This document shows, piece by piece, positions 38,755-48,597 of a stretch of 64,000 bases of DNA. Under the pieces are notes generated by a model. That model searched no databases and was not told where the DNA came from. It worked only from the letters and a program-made list of their open reading frames with translations. The position numbers and the translations under genes were made by a program. How positions within the stretch are numbered: position 1 is the stretch's first letter; each line of letters starts with the position of its first letter. The DNA is from Bacilli bacterium (lineage in GTDB: Bacteria; Bacillota_I; Bacilli_A; RF39; UBA660): contig JAFXOW010000028.1 in the NCBI GenBank assembly GCA_017528315.1, positions 421-64,420 on the forward strand, in the 5' to 3' direction.

Positions 38755-39369
38755 ATGGAAAATAAATTAAAAGAAATATGTCGTTTATCACTTGATATTT
38801 TTACAATTATTAAAGAGGAATATAGTATATATTTGTCACCGGAAAAGGGGAAATTTTTAGCTAATTTAAATATAGATAATTTTTATAAAATAATTAATAA
38901 AGCTTCTTTACCTGAAATTTTTTTTATGGGTGATAAATATTATTTAAATTCTTATTATAATTTTAATAATATAGAAAAATTAATTCCTTTTTTATGCTTA
39001 TCATCCCTTATTACTAATTTAAATCCTTTAAAAATTGGTTTAATAGAAGTAGAACTTTCTTATTTAAAAAATAAATATAATTTGGATATTGATACTTATT
39101 TTGTTAAAGAATTAGAAGTTGCTAATTTGGTAAATGAAGCTATGCTAATAAATGTTCCATATAAAGTTATATTTAAAGAAAGTGATTCCGATATTTTTAG
39201 TTATTTAACAGAGGAATTAGGAAGTAACTATGCAATATGTTATAATAATGTATCACTTGCAATGAAAAAAATATGGGGTAATAGAAATTATTTTAAAGAA
39301 CATAAAGAGATAGATTATTTAGAAGTAATTGATTATATATATACTTTTATAATTAATAAAGTTAAATAA
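38755..39369 (+). CDS. Hypothetical protein (204 aa)
   Basis: Long ORF with plausible codon usage. No motif recognised. Confidence 0.5.
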   Translation: MENKLKEICRLSLDIFTIIKEEYSIYLSPEKGKFLANLNIDNFYKIINKASLPEIFFMGDKYYLNSYYNFNNIEKLIPFLCLSSLITNLNPLKIGLIEVELSYLKNKYNLDIDTYFVKELEVANLVNEAMLINVPYKVIFKESDSDIFSYLTEELGSNYAICYNNVSLAMKKIWGNRNYFKEHKEIDYLEVIDYIYTFIINKVK

Positions 39370-39415
39370 TTTTTTCTATTTTAAAAAAAATTGCATATTA
39401 TTTAGTGGTGATAAA

Positions 39416-39889
39416 ATGAAAAAAAATAATTTTAAAACTATAATAATTGCAATTCTTATTCCGTTAGTAGGTGGATTTATTATTTCAATATTTACTAGAA
39501 ATGGAGTTCATAATTATATAGAAAATTTAATTAAACCATCCTTTGCTCCTTCAAAAGTTTTATTTCCTATCGTTTGGACAATTCTTTATATTTTAATGGG
39601 ATATTCAAGCTATTTAATATCTGATTCTATGGTTTGTGATAAAACATCATGTTTACTTTTATATGGATTAAATCTTTTCCTTAATTTTATGTGGCCTTTA
39701 ATATTTTTTAATTTAGAAGCTAGACTATTTGCACTTTTATTTATAATTCTTTTGGATATAGTAGTATTAATAATGATTTATTGTTTTTACGGTATCAATA
39801 GAAAAGCTGCAATTTTAAATATTCCGTATTTTATTTGGTTAATATATGCAACTATTTTAAATTTTTCGGTTTATATATTAAATAGATAA
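39416..39889 (+). CDS. tspO: TspO/MBR family tryptophan-rich sensory protein
   Basis: Five TM helices, with PSFAPSKVLFPIVWTILYILMGYSSY and NFMWPLIFF motifs. Confidence 0.8.
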   Translation: MKKNNFKTIIIAILIPLVGGFIISIFTRNGVHNYIENLIKPSFAPSKVLFPIVWTILYILMGYSSYLISDSMVCDKTSCLLLYGLNLFLNFMWPLIFFNLEARLFALLFIILLDIVVLIMIYCFYGINRKAAILNIPYFIWLIYATILNFSVYILNR

Positions 39890-39951
39890 AATAAATTATA
39901 ACTATATTAAAAAAATTGATTTTGTTTTATAATATAGAAAAGAGGTGGATT

Positions 39952-41712
39952 ATGTTTAAGGAAAAGTTATCTTTAGTACCAGACTTACCAGGAAGTTATC
40001 AAATGAAAGATAAAGATGGAGTAATTATATATGTTGGTAAAGCTAAAAATTTAAAAAGAAGGCTCAAGAGTTATTTTACAGGAAATGTAACAGGAAAGAC
40101 TAAAAAATTGGTAAGTGAAATAGCCAGTTTTGAATACATAGTAACTAGTTCAGAGTTAGAAAGTTTAATATTAGAAATAACTTTAATAAAAAAATATAAT
40201 CCCAAGTACAATATTTTATTAAAAGATGATAAAAGCTATCCTTATATAGAGTTTACAAAAGATAAATATCCTATTTTAAAAGTAGTTAGAAATATTAAAA
40301 TTAAAAAAAATAAAAATAATTTATATGGACCTTTTCCCAATGTTGGAGCAGCTAGAAGGGTAGTTGAAATGTTAAATAGAATTTATCCTTTAAGAAAATG
40401 TGAAAGATTAGGAAAAGAGTATTGTTTATACTATCATATTGGAGAATGTCTTGGTTATTGTAAGAATGAAGTAGATAAAGAAAGATTAGAAACTATGAAA
40501 AGGGAAATAATTTCATTCTTAAATGGAGATTCTGGTCATGTTTTAATTGAACTTTATAAAAAAATGGATGATGCAAGTAATAAAATGAATTTTGAAAAGG
40601 CTTTAGAATATAAAAATATGATAAATGATGTAAATATTACTTTAAAAAATCAAAAAATAGTTTTAAATCGGGATGTTAATTTAGATTTATTTAACTTTTA
40701 TAGTAAAGAAAATTATTTATCAGTACAAGTTTTTTTTATTAGAAGTGGTACTTTATTTGGAAGAAGTAAAAAAATTATTAATTATTCAGATACCAAAGAA
40801 GATGCTTTTTTAGAATACATTATTAGGTTTTATGAAAAAGAAATTATTCCTCGTGAGATACTTGTACCAGATGGGATTGATGCTTTAATACTTAGTAAAT
40901 ATTTAAATACTAGTGTTAAGACTCCTTATAGAGGAGATATGAAGAATCTTATGGAACTAGCAGGAGAAAATGCTAAAATTATTTTAGAAGAAGAATTAAA
41001 GACGATTACTAATGATGAAAAAATTAGAATGGATGCAGTAAGAGAATTATCAGGAATACTTGGAAAAACTAAAGTAAATAGAATTGAAACTTTTGATAAT
41101 TCACATTTGTTTGGAACTTATTATGTTTCAGGAATGGTAGTATTTGAAAATTTTCAACCACTTCGCAATGAATATCGTAAATATAAAATAGATGCTAATG
41201 TTAAAGATGATTTAAAAGCTATGGAAGAGGTTATTTACAGAAGATATTATAGGTTGCTAATGGAAAAAGGTACTCTTCCTGATTTAATCATTGTTGATGG
41301 AGGAGAAACTCAAGTAACGGTTGCTCGGAAAATACTTGATGATTTAGGTTTAAATATTAATTTAATAGGTTTAAAAAAAGATGATCATCATAGGACTAGT
41401 TTAATTGTTACCAGTGATTTAGTGAGTATTGAACTTGATATTCATGGACATTTATTTCATTTTTTAACAATGATTCAAGATGAAGTGCATCGATTTGCTA
41501 TTACTTATCATAGACAGATTAAAAATAAAGGAGCCCTTTCAAGTATTTTAGAAATGGTTCCAGGTATAGGAGTTAAACGTCGTCAGGAATTACTTAGAAA
41601 ATTTTCATCTTTAAAAAAGATAAAAGAAGCTAGTGTTTCTGAATTATCAAGTATTATTCCTATAGAAGTAGCTAAAGAATTAAAAGAATATTTAAAAGAA
41701 AATAGTAATTAG
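39952..41712 (+). CDS. uvrC: Excinuclease ABC subunit C
   Basis: Start trimmed to the ATG after AGAGGTGG. Has a GIY-YIG domain (PGSYQMKDKDGVIIYVGKAKNLKRRLKSYF), a UVR domain, an endonuclease V-like region and a C-terminal HhH (VPGIGVKRRQELL). Confidence 0.95.
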   Translation: MFKEKLSLVPDLPGSYQMKDKDGVIIYVGKAKNLKRRLKSYFTGNVTGKTKKLVSEIASFEYIVTSSELESLILEITLIKKYNPKYNILLKDDKSYPYIEFTKDKYPILKVVRNIKIKKNKNNLYGPFPNVGAARRVVEMLNRIYPLRKCERLGKEYCLYYHIGECLGYCKNEVDKERLETMKREIISFLNGDSGHVLIELYKKMDDASNKMNFEKALEYKNMINDVNITLKNQKIVLNRDVNLDLFNFYSKENYLSVQVFFIRSGTLFGRSKKIINYSDTKEDAFLEYIIRFYEKEIIPREILVPDGIDALILSKYLNTSVKTPYRGDMKNLMELAGENAKIILEEELKTITNDEKIRMDAVRELSGILGKTKVNRIETFDNSHLFGTYYVSGMVVFENFQPLRNEYRKYKIDANVKDDLKAMEEVIYRRYYRLLMEKGTLPDLIIVDGGETQVTVARKILDDLGLNINLIGLKKDDHHRTSLIVTSDLVSIELDIHGHLFHFLTMIQDEVHRFAITYHRQIKNKGALSSILEMVPGIGVKRRQELLRKFSSLKKIKEASVSELSSIIPIEVAKELKEYLKENSN

Positions 41713-41735
41713 AATTTTCATAATTACTATTTTCT
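41701..41735 (+). terminator. Hairpin overlapping the uvrC stop
   Basis: AATAGTAATT/AATTACTATT 10-bp stem with an 11-nt loop, then TTC. Confidence 0.45.
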
Positions 41736-41757
41736 TATATTAAAATTAATTACTTAA

Positions 41758-41831
41758 TGGTGCCAAATGTAAGAATTGAACTTACCTCTGATGCTTACCA
41801 TGCATCTGTTCTACCACTAAACTAAATTGGC
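41758..41831 (-). tRNA. tRNA-Thr (anticodon GGU), CCA encoded
   Basis: The reverse complement folds by hand into a cloverleaf. Acceptor stem is GCCAATT/ATTTGGC (one U-U at 6:67). D arm is GTTT-AGTGGTA-GAAC. Anticodon arm is GATGC-AUGGUAA-GCATC. T arm is GTAAG-TTCAATT-CTTAC. Discriminator is A, then CCA. Confidence 0.8.
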
Positions 41832-41837
41832 GAGAAA

Positions 41838-42191
41838 TTATTTTATTAAGCGAAAAATTTTATTATCTTCATGTTTTTTATGTAAAAAGTCTATTAAGTT
41901 AGAATTCTGATAATAATCTAAAATTTGATTTAGTTTAAAAATTATTATTTCTTTAAAATTATCAGATAATTCAGAATGAAATAGGTTCCAGATTTCTTCA
42001 ATAGTAAATTTATTAATAATTAAATTTGCTATTTCATTAGAAATAATTAAATTACTTAAATCTCGTTTTAAAAATTCTTCTTTAGCAAGGGTAGAAATTA
42101 ATATATTATTTGATAATATTTTATTAATTAATTGCTCATTACTTAAATTCATAAAATTAGTTCTCATTTTTAACATTAATTTTGTATACAT
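41838..42191 (-). CDS. Hypothetical protein (~117 aa)
   Basis: Start trimmed to MYTKLML after AGGTGG. No motif recognised. Confidence 0.4.
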   Translation of the reverse strand: MYTKLMLKMRTNFMNLSNEQLINKILSNNILISTLAKEEFLKRDLSNLIISNEIANLIINKFTIEEIWNLFHSELSDNFKEIIIFKLNQILDYYQNSNLIDFLHKKHEDNKIFRLIK

Positions 42192-42321
42192 ATAACCACC
42201 TGCTATTAATAATATATTATTAAACATGAATAAAGTCAATAAGATATGATAAGTTTGACATCAAATTTGCATTTTTAAGTAAATTATAGTATAATACACG
42301 CTTTGAAAAGAGGGGATTTAG

Positions 42322-43587
42322 TTGAAAAAGAAGGTATTGCTAATTGTTGGAAGCGGATTATTTATATTATTTGTATTAATTAGTTCTTTATATGTTTTTA
42401 GTTTTAGATTAAATGGTAAGAGAACTATTGAAGTAGAATATCTTGATACCTATAAAGATTTAGGTTATACTGCTAATATTTTTGGCTTATCATTAAAAGG
42501 CTTTGTTAAAACTGAAAATAATGTTAATACTTCAAAAATAGGTACTTATAAGGTAACTTATAAATTGCCATTTAAAATATTAACTCGTGAGGTCCATGTT
42601 GTTGATAAAGAAGTTCCTAATCTAACTTTAAATGGAGAAAGTGAGATAGAATTAAACATTGGAAGTGAATATGAAGAACTTGGGGCAGTAGCAATTGATA
42701 ATGTTGATAATGATATAACGGATAAAATATCAATTGAAAATTTAATAGATATCAATAAATTAGGAGAATATCAAGTAATTTATAAAGTTGAAGATTCAAG
42801 TGGCAACAAAGTTGAAAAAATAAGAACTGTTAAAGTTCTTGATAAAGAAGTACCAGTTATAACTTTAAAAGGAAACAAAAAAAATACTGTTAAATTAAAT
42901 GGAGAATATACAGAAGAAGGATATACAGCAATTGACAATGTGGACTCTGATATTACTAAAAATGTTAAAATAGAAAGAAATATTGATTTTAGTAAATCAG
43001 GAACTTATACTATAAAGTACTCTGTATGTGATTCAAGTTCTAATTGTACTGAAATTACAAGAACAATTGAAGTAATTGAACAAATAGATATTACTTATAT
43101 CAAAGGAATATTACTTGTTAATAAAAAATATCACTTGCCTGCAAATTATAATCCCGGAGTTAACAGTGAGGCCTATCAAGCTTTAACTAAGTTACAAAAT
43201 GATGCTTCAAGTAATGGTTATTCTTTACCTCTTTTATCAGGATTTCGTTCTTATGAAACGCAAAAAAATTTATTTAATAGTTATGTTGCTCGTAATGGAT
43301 ATGAAAAAGCTAATACTTTTTCGGCAAGACCAGGTGAATCGGAACATCAAACAGGACTTGCTTTTGATATTGGAGAAATAAGTGATAGTTTTGGTAATAC
43401 AAAAGCAGGTATTTGGTTATCTGAAAATGCTCATAGATATGGATTTATTATTAGATACTTAAAAGGAAAAGAAAGTATAACTGGTTATAAATATGAACCA
43501 TGGCATATTAGATATGTAGGAGTAAGTGCAGCTACAGAAATAAAAACACAAGGAATAACTCTTGAAGAATACTTAGGAGTAGCTTAA
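42322..43587 (+). CDS. D-alanyl-D-alanine carboxypeptidase (VanY/M15B) with two N-terminal Ig-like repeats
   Basis: TTG start after GAGGGGA, then a TM. Two ~85-aa repeats (DKEVP.ITL.G......LN.EY.E.G..AIDNVD.DIT) resemble DUF5011-like Ig domains. The C-terminus has SGFRSYETQ, SEHQTGLAFDI and EPWHIRYVG. Confidence 0.8.
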   Translation: MKKKVLLIVGSGLFILFVLISSLYVFSFRLNGKRTIEVEYLDTYKDLGYTANIFGLSLKGFVKTENNVNTSKIGTYKVTYKLPFKILTREVHVVDKEVPNLTLNGESEIELNIGSEYEELGAVAIDNVDNDITDKISIENLIDINKLGEYQVIYKVEDSSGNKVEKIRTVKVLDKEVPVITLKGNKKNTVKLNGEYTEEGYTAIDNVDSDITKNVKIERNIDFSKSGTYTIKYSVCDSSSNCTEITRTIEVIEQIDITYIKGILLVNKKYHLPANYNPGVNSEAYQALTKLQNDASSNGYSLPLLSGFRSYETQKNLFNSYVARNGYEKANTFSARPGESEHQTGLAFDIGEISDSFGNTKAGIWLSENAHRYGFIIRYLKGKESITGYKYEPWHIRYVGVSAATEIKTQGITLEEYLGVA

Positions 43588-43604
43588 TTTAAATAGGAGA
43601 AAAA

Positions 43605-44111
43605 ATGGTAGGAAATGAGATGTTATCAGCAAAAAGATTAGGAGAAAAAATATTTTTAACTGCTGAAGAAATGAATACACTATTAAAAGAATCTGGATAT
43701 TTAAAAGGAGAACCAGGTAATTATAGCCCAACTGAAAAAACAATGGAATATGTTAGTGAAAAAAGTTGGGATAATGGTTATGGTGGATATGCTCTTCGAG
43801 GATATTCTTATAATGTTTGGAATGAAAAAATATTGGATAAGTTAGATACATCTAGTCATCATAGAGAAATAATTCGTGAATTAACAGCTAATAATAGAAA
43901 AGAACGTAATTTATTGAGAAAAAAAACATATGAAGAACAATTAAAAAGCACTATAAAAATTAAAGATGAGGAAATTAATAACAGTTTTTTAAATTCAAAA
44001 TATTTTATAACCATATTGGCTTTTGTTGGTTTATCATTAGGATGTTATTTTGTAATTAAATATATTAAAAAAAATAATAAAAAAAATGAAGAAGAAAAGG
44101 AACAGATTTAA
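43605..44111 (+). CDS. Hypothetical tail-anchored protein
   Basis: AGGAG RBS and a single C-terminal TM. No known motif. Confidence 0.45.
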   Translation: MVGNEMLSAKRLGEKIFLTAEEMNTLLKESGYLKGEPGNYSPTEKTMEYVSEKSWDNGYGGYALRGYSYNVWNEKILDKLDTSSHHREIIRELTANNRKERNLLRKKTYEEQLKSTIKIKDEEINNSFLNSKYFITILAFVGLSLGCYFVIKYIKKNNKKNEEEKEQI

Positions 44112-45514
44112 TTTTTCTGTTCCTTTTTGTTTTTTGGTATAATAAACCAGAAGGTTGTACCTTTATTAGGTGTAGAATCGATACCATATTGATATTTATG
44201 AAGAATAAAAATATTTTTAACGATTGATAGTCCAATTCCAGTTCCAATTGTATTTCTTTTATATTTTTTTTCAGATTTATAATACTTATCCCAAACTTTA
44301 TCTATATCTTCTTTTTTAATACCTTTACCAGTATCCTTAATTTCTATTCTAATTCCTTTTTTAGAATCAATTAAATTAACAAATACTTTATGATCATCTC
44401 CGGTATAGTTAATAGCATTTCCAACTAAATTATAAATAACTTGTTCTAACTTTTGTTTATCAGCTTTTACTATTAAAGGCTTATTATAATCAAAGATAAA
44501 TTCATAGTTTTTAGTATAAGCAAATATTTTAAAACGATTTAAAATAGTATTAATTAAAGATGTTAAATCAAATTTTTCTATATTTAAAGTATCCATATTA
44601 CTTTCTAATTTTGATAAATTTAAAATATCGTTTACAAGAATGGTTAATCTATCTACTTCTTCGATTATAATATTCATATTATTTTTATGCTTTTCTTTAG
44701 ATATCTCCAAATCTCTTTCCATTTCAGCATAGGCTTTAATCATTGTAAGAGGAGTTTTTAAATCATGAGAAACATTACTAAGTAAATCGCGTCTTATTTC
44801 ATCAGTTTTCTTGATTTCCGATTTAGCAAAGTCAAGACTTTCACCTAATTCTTGAATTTCTAGAATATCACTTTGAACATTAAAATTAACGTTATAATTA
44901 CCATCTGATAGTTCTTTAGCTGATTTAGTTAATTTAGTAATAGGCTTACTTAGGGATCTTGATATAAAGTAAGCTATAATAGTAGCTAAAATAATAACAA
45001 TAAGAGATACTATAATAAATTGATTTTTTAAAACATTTATAGTTGTATCAATTGGTTCTAGAGAAGTGTTAAGAAATAAATAATTGTTATCATCAAGTTT
45101 GGTTCCATAAAGAAGAGTCATATTATTAAATCTTGGATTTATAATTTTTAATTTAAAATTAGAATTACCACTTTGAATAAAAGATTGTTTTTCAGTTAAA
45201 ACTTTTACATTATTATTAGTATCAATACATCCTTTATTATTTTGAATATTAGAATAGATTGGATTTTCTTCATTCATTATTTCAACACAAAAATCAGTAT
45301 TATAAGCAACTTCTTCTAAAATGGAATTAAAGTTATCTTTATTGTAATTATTTTTTAATAAAGATAAAGTTGTAGTTAATTCATTAGTTTTATAATATTC
45401 ATAATAGTTATTTAAAAGAAGAATTTGAAGGATCCATAAAAAGAAAAGTATTAGTAAAGAGAAAATAATAAGATAGATAAATATTTTAAAAATTAAAGAT
45501 TTATGCTTTTTCAT
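44108..45514 (-). CDS. Sensor histidine kinase (two TM, HAMP, HisKA, HATPase_c)
   Basis: H-box SNVSHDLKTPLT, N-box GNAINYT, G1 DTGKGI, G2 GTGIGLSIV. Confidence 0.9.
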   Translation of the reverse strand: MKKHKSLIFKIFIYLIIFSLLILFFLWILQILLLNNYYEYYKTNELTTTLSLLKNNYNKDNFNSILEEVAYNTDFCVEIMNEENPIYSNIQNNKGCIDTNNNVKVLTEKQSFIQSGNSNFKLKIINPRFNNMTLLYGTKLDDNNYLFLNTSLEPIDTTINVLKNQFIIVSLIVIILATIIAYFISRSLSKPITKLTKSAKELSDGNYNVNFNVQSDILEIQELGESLDFAKSEIKKTDEIRRDLLSNVSHDLKTPLTMIKAYAEMERDLEISKEKHKNNMNIIIEEVDRLTILVNDILNLSKLESNMDTLNIEKFDLTSLINTILNRFKIFAYTKNYEFIFDYNKPLIVKADKQKLEQVIYNLVGNAINYTGDDHKVFVNLIDSKKGIRIEIKDTGKGIKKEDIDKVWDKYYKSEKKYKRNTIGTGIGLSIVKNIFILHKYQYGIDSTPNKGTTFWFIIPKNKKEQKN

Positions 45515-46169
45515 ATATAAATTTATATCCTATACTTCTAACGGTTACAATTGAATCTCGATATGGACCAAGTTTGTTTCTTAAAATTTTAATATGAGTG
45601 TCTATCGTTCTATCATCTCCAAAATAATCATATCCCCAAACTTTATTTAATATTTGTTCACGAGATATTGCAGTATTGGGATTTTCTATAAAATATTTAA
45701 GTAAATCAAATTCTTTGGGAGTAATTTGTATTTCTTCATTATCAATATATAAAACTCTTCCTTTAAAATCAATTTTAATGCCAAGATAGGTAAATTCATC
45801 AATTTCTTCTTTGGTAAAGCGCTTTAAAATAGCTTTAATTCTGGCAATTAATTCTTTAGGAGAAAATGGTTTAGTTAAATAGTCATCTATTCCAATAGAA
45901 AAGCCAAATAATTTATCATATTCTTCACCTCGAGCTGATAAAACAATGGTTGGAATATTATATTTTTCTTTCATTTTAGAAAAAAATGTATAACCATCCA
46001 TTTTAGGCATCATGATATCAAGAACAATAATATCAACTTTTTCTTTATCCAATATTTCTAATCCTTCAATTCCATTTGCCGCTTCTAATACTTTAAAACC
46101 TTCATTTAAACAGTATTCTTTCACAACATCTCGAATTAATAATTCATCATCAATAATTAAAACATTCAT
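45501..46169 (-). CDS. OmpR-family response regulator
   Basis: Receiver domain (VLIIDDE...DIIVLDIMMPKMDG...KPF) plus a winged-helix C-terminus (TVRSIGYKF). It overlaps the kinase gene by 14 nt. Confidence 0.92.
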   Translation of the reverse strand: MNVLIIDDELLIRDVVKEYCLNEGFKVLEAANGIEGLEILDKEKVDIIVLDIMMPKMDGYTFFSKMKEKYNIPTIVLSARGEEYDKLFGFSIGIDDYLTKPFSPKELIARIKAILKRFTKEEIDEFTYLGIKIDFKGRVLYIDNEEIQITPKEFDLLKYFIENPNTAISREQILNKVWGYDYFGDDRTIDTHIKILRNKLGPYRDSIVTVRSIGYKFIYEKA

Positions 46170-46242
46170 TTAAATCACCAATATCATTATAACTTTAATT
46201 TGTGTTTTTTGTGTGAAAAATATTAACTTTTTAAAAATTTGA

Positions 46243-46271
46243 AAAAATAGTGAAAATAATTCACTATTTTT
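46243..46271. other. 12-bp perfect hairpin between divergent genes
   Basis: AAAAATAGTGAA-aataa-TTCACTATTTTT. Confidence 0.5.
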
Positions 46272-46351
46272 AGAATGTAAATCGTTGATTTATAAGGTTA
46301 TAAAAAAATATATATTTTTTATCCAAAAGTACTTTTTTTCGCGTATATTAT

Positions 46352-46443
46352 ATATGAGGGATGTTTTTATATTTTTCTTCTCTTAAATAATATCTTTGAA
46401 GTCATAAAATATAATTTGCCACCAGCAAAAACATCCCTTATAT
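46352..46443. repeat. 17-bp inverted repeat pair enclosing 58 nt, abutting the rlmCD-like promoter
   Basis: ATATGAGGGATGTTTTT (46352-46368) and AAAAACATCCCTTATAT (46427-46443) are complementary apart from one G-U position. The extended -10 TGaTATAAT follows at 46447-46455. Confidence 0.55.
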
Positions 46444-46485
46444 TTATGATATAATATTGTATATAAAAAAGAAAGGAAGTAATTT

Positions 46486-47664
46486 ATGAAAGTAAATATT
46501 TCTAAATATGATGATTTAGGTCAAGGAATTACTAAAATAAATGATAAAGTATGTTTTGTAAAATATGGATTACCTAAAGAAGAGTTAGATATAAAAATAT
46601 TAAAAGAAAATAAAAATTATTCTAAAGGAATTATTGAAAAAATTATTAGAGAAAGTGAACATAGAATAGAACCAGTTTGCAAATATTATTATAAGTGTGG
46701 TGGTTGTGATTTTTTACATATGAACTTTGAAGAAGAGAAAAAATTTAAAATAAATAGAACTAAAGATCTATTTGGTAAAATAGATAAATTTTATGAAACA
46801 AAAGAATATAATTATCGTAATAAAATAATTTTGCATGTAAAAGAGGGTGATTTAGGATTTTATAAAGAAAAGAGTAACGATTTAATTAATATTAATTATT
46901 GTTATTTAGCAAATGATAAAATAAATGAAATTATAAAATTGTTAAAAGCAAACAAAGATATTAATTTTAATGGTGAAGTTTTAATTAGAGTAAACAGTTT
47001 AGATGAATTATTAATATCTATTAGCGGTAACTATAAATATTTAAATAATTTAGTTAATAGTATTTTAATTGATAACTTAATATATAATGATAAGATATTA
47101 AAAGGTAATGATTTCTTTTATGAACATATAAATAATTTTCAGTTTAAAGTTAATTATAAATCTTTCTTTCAAGTTAATATTAAAGGATTAGAAAGTATCT
47201 TTAACTCGTTAACTACTTTTTTACGAGATAAAAAAATAAATAATGCTTTAGATTTATATAGTGGTACTAGTGTTCTAGGAATTCTTATTTCAAAGTATGT
47301 AGATAAGGTTACTAGTATTGAAATAAATAGTAATGCAACTACTGATGCTAAAGAAAATATTAAACTTAATAAGATAAATAATTTAAAAATTATAAATGGA
47401 AAAGTTGAAGATTATATTAATAATTTCTCTGATATTGATTTAATTATAGTTGATCCAGCAAGATGTGGACTTGCTAAAAAAACAATTGATTATTTAACTA
47501 AATTTAAACCTTTATATTTAATTTATATTTCTTGTAATATAGATTCTTTAAAAAGAGATTTAAAAATTTTAAATAACTATTACAATCTTGAAAAAGTAGA
47601 AGTAGTAGATATGTTTCCAAGAACAAATAATCAAGAAACTATATGTTTTATGAAAATAAAATAA
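46486..47664 (+). CDS. 23S rRNA (uracil-5-)-methyltransferase, RumA/RlmCD family
   Basis: TRAM-like N-terminus, Fe-S cysteines CKYYYKCGGCDFLHM, SAM motif LDLYSGTSVLG, and catalytic region YISCN. Confidence 0.8.
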   Translation: MKVNISKYDDLGQGITKINDKVCFVKYGLPKEELDIKILKENKNYSKGIIEKIIRESEHRIEPVCKYYYKCGGCDFLHMNFEEEKKFKINRTKDLFGKIDKFYETKEYNYRNKIILHVKEGDLGFYKEKSNDLININYCYLANDKINEIIKLLKANKDINFNGEVLIRVNSLDELLISISGNYKYLNNLVNSILIDNLIYNDKILKGNDFFYEHINNFQFKVNYKSFFQVNIKGLESIFNSLTTFLRDKKINNALDLYSGTSVLGILISKYVDKVTSIEINSNATTDAKENIKLNKINNLKIINGKVEDYINNFSDIDLIIVDPARCGLAKKTIDYLTKFKPLYLIYISCNIDSLKRDLKILNNYYNLEKVEVVDMFPRTNNQETICFMKIK

Positions 47665-47711
47665 AAGTATCTTTTTGCATATCATTTACATATAATTTAA
47701 TAGGTGGTTTT

Positions 47712-48068
47712 ATGTCTAAAATAGAGTTTAAGGAGTTTGTTAAAAAGAATACTAGCTTAATAAATTATGTTGAAAAAGGAGAAACTACATGGCAAAAATT
47801 ATATGAATTATATGATTTATATGGAGAGAATAGCAACGTTTGGGATAAATATTTAAATGCATCTAATGTGACTAATAATAGTTCTAATTTTAAGGATTTA
47901 GTTAATATGATTAAGGGAGTAGATTTAAATACAGTTCAAAATTGTTTAGAGAGTGTAGATAAAGCAATAGATGCATTTAAAGGAATAATACCAGCAAGTG
48001 CTACTAAAGAGGTTTCTAATATAAATAATTATGAACCACGTCCAACATATAAATATTTTGAGGATTAG
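47712..48068 (+). CDS. YlbD-like protein (putative coat protein family)
   Basis: Start trimmed (AGGTGG RBS). EFKEFVKKNTSLINYVEKGETTWQKLYELYDLYGENSNVWDKYL closely resembles my recollection of B. subtilis YlbD. Confidence 0.55.
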   Translation: MSKIEFKEFVKKNTSLINYVEKGETTWQKLYELYDLYGENSNVWDKYLNASNVTNNSSNFKDLVNMIKGVDLNTVQNCLESVDKAIDAFKGIIPASATKEVSNINNYEPRPTYKYFED

Positions 48069-48069
48069 T

Positions 48070-48291
48070 ATGAGTATAGAAAACCAATTTTATTTAAATA
48101 ATAATCCTTTGTTAAAAAAATATTTACATGAGAATCCTAAGTATTATAAAGCATTAAATAGAGAGCCTGAATTTATTCTAGAACTTAATGAACTTATGAA
48201 AGAAAAATATAAATTAACATTACCAGATAAAATAGATAAAATAAAAGAAAGATTAGAAATGCTTAATACTTTTATTGATATTTTGAATTAA
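48070..48291 (+). CDS. YlbE-like protein
   Basis: Start trimmed (GAGGA RBS). NNPLLKKYLHENPKYYKALNREP is the YlbE-like pattern. Its position between ylbD-like and ylbF-like genes supports the call. Confidence 0.5.
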   Translation: MSIENQFYLNNNPLLKKYLHENPKYYKALNREPEFILELNELMKEKYKLTLPDKIDKIKERLEMLNTFIDILN

Positions 48292-48309
48292 ATTTGATAA
48301 AATATAGAT

Positions 48310-48597
48310 GTGATTTATATGGAATACAACGAATTAATAAATGAATTAATTGATTTATTAGATAAAAATTTAGATATTAAAAATATTAAAAGATTGAAAA
48401 CTAAATTATTAAATAATTTAGATTTTTTAAGTGAATTAGAAAATTATAAATTAAATAAAAATATAGAAAATAAGAAAAAATTATATGAGAATAAAGATTA
48501 TTTAAGTTATTTAAAAAGTGAAACTAATGTTAATTTATTAATTTTAAGTATAAAAAATAAATTTAAAATATTAGAAAGTCGTGAGTGTTTTAAATGA
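48310..48597 (+). CDS. YlbF/YmcA-like regulatory protein
   Basis: Helical ~90-aa protein lying directly before rsmD, as in Bacillus. Motif support is weak. The start may be ATG 48319. Confidence 0.4.
   Translation: MIYMEYNELINELIDLLDKNLDIKNIKRLKTKLLNNLDFLSELENYKLNKNIENKKKLYENKDYLSYLKSETNVNLLILSIKNKFKILESRECFK

Noticed and set aside
42558-43381. ORFs 42558..42755 (minus) and 43199..43381 (plus, alternative frame) inside the VanY-like gene
   Set aside because: Both lie within a motif-supported ORF, and neither has an RBS.
44065-44247. 60-aa minus-strand ORF in an alternative frame at the histidine kinase 3' end
   Set aside because: The kinase frame carries the G2 box here, so the alternative frame is artefactual.
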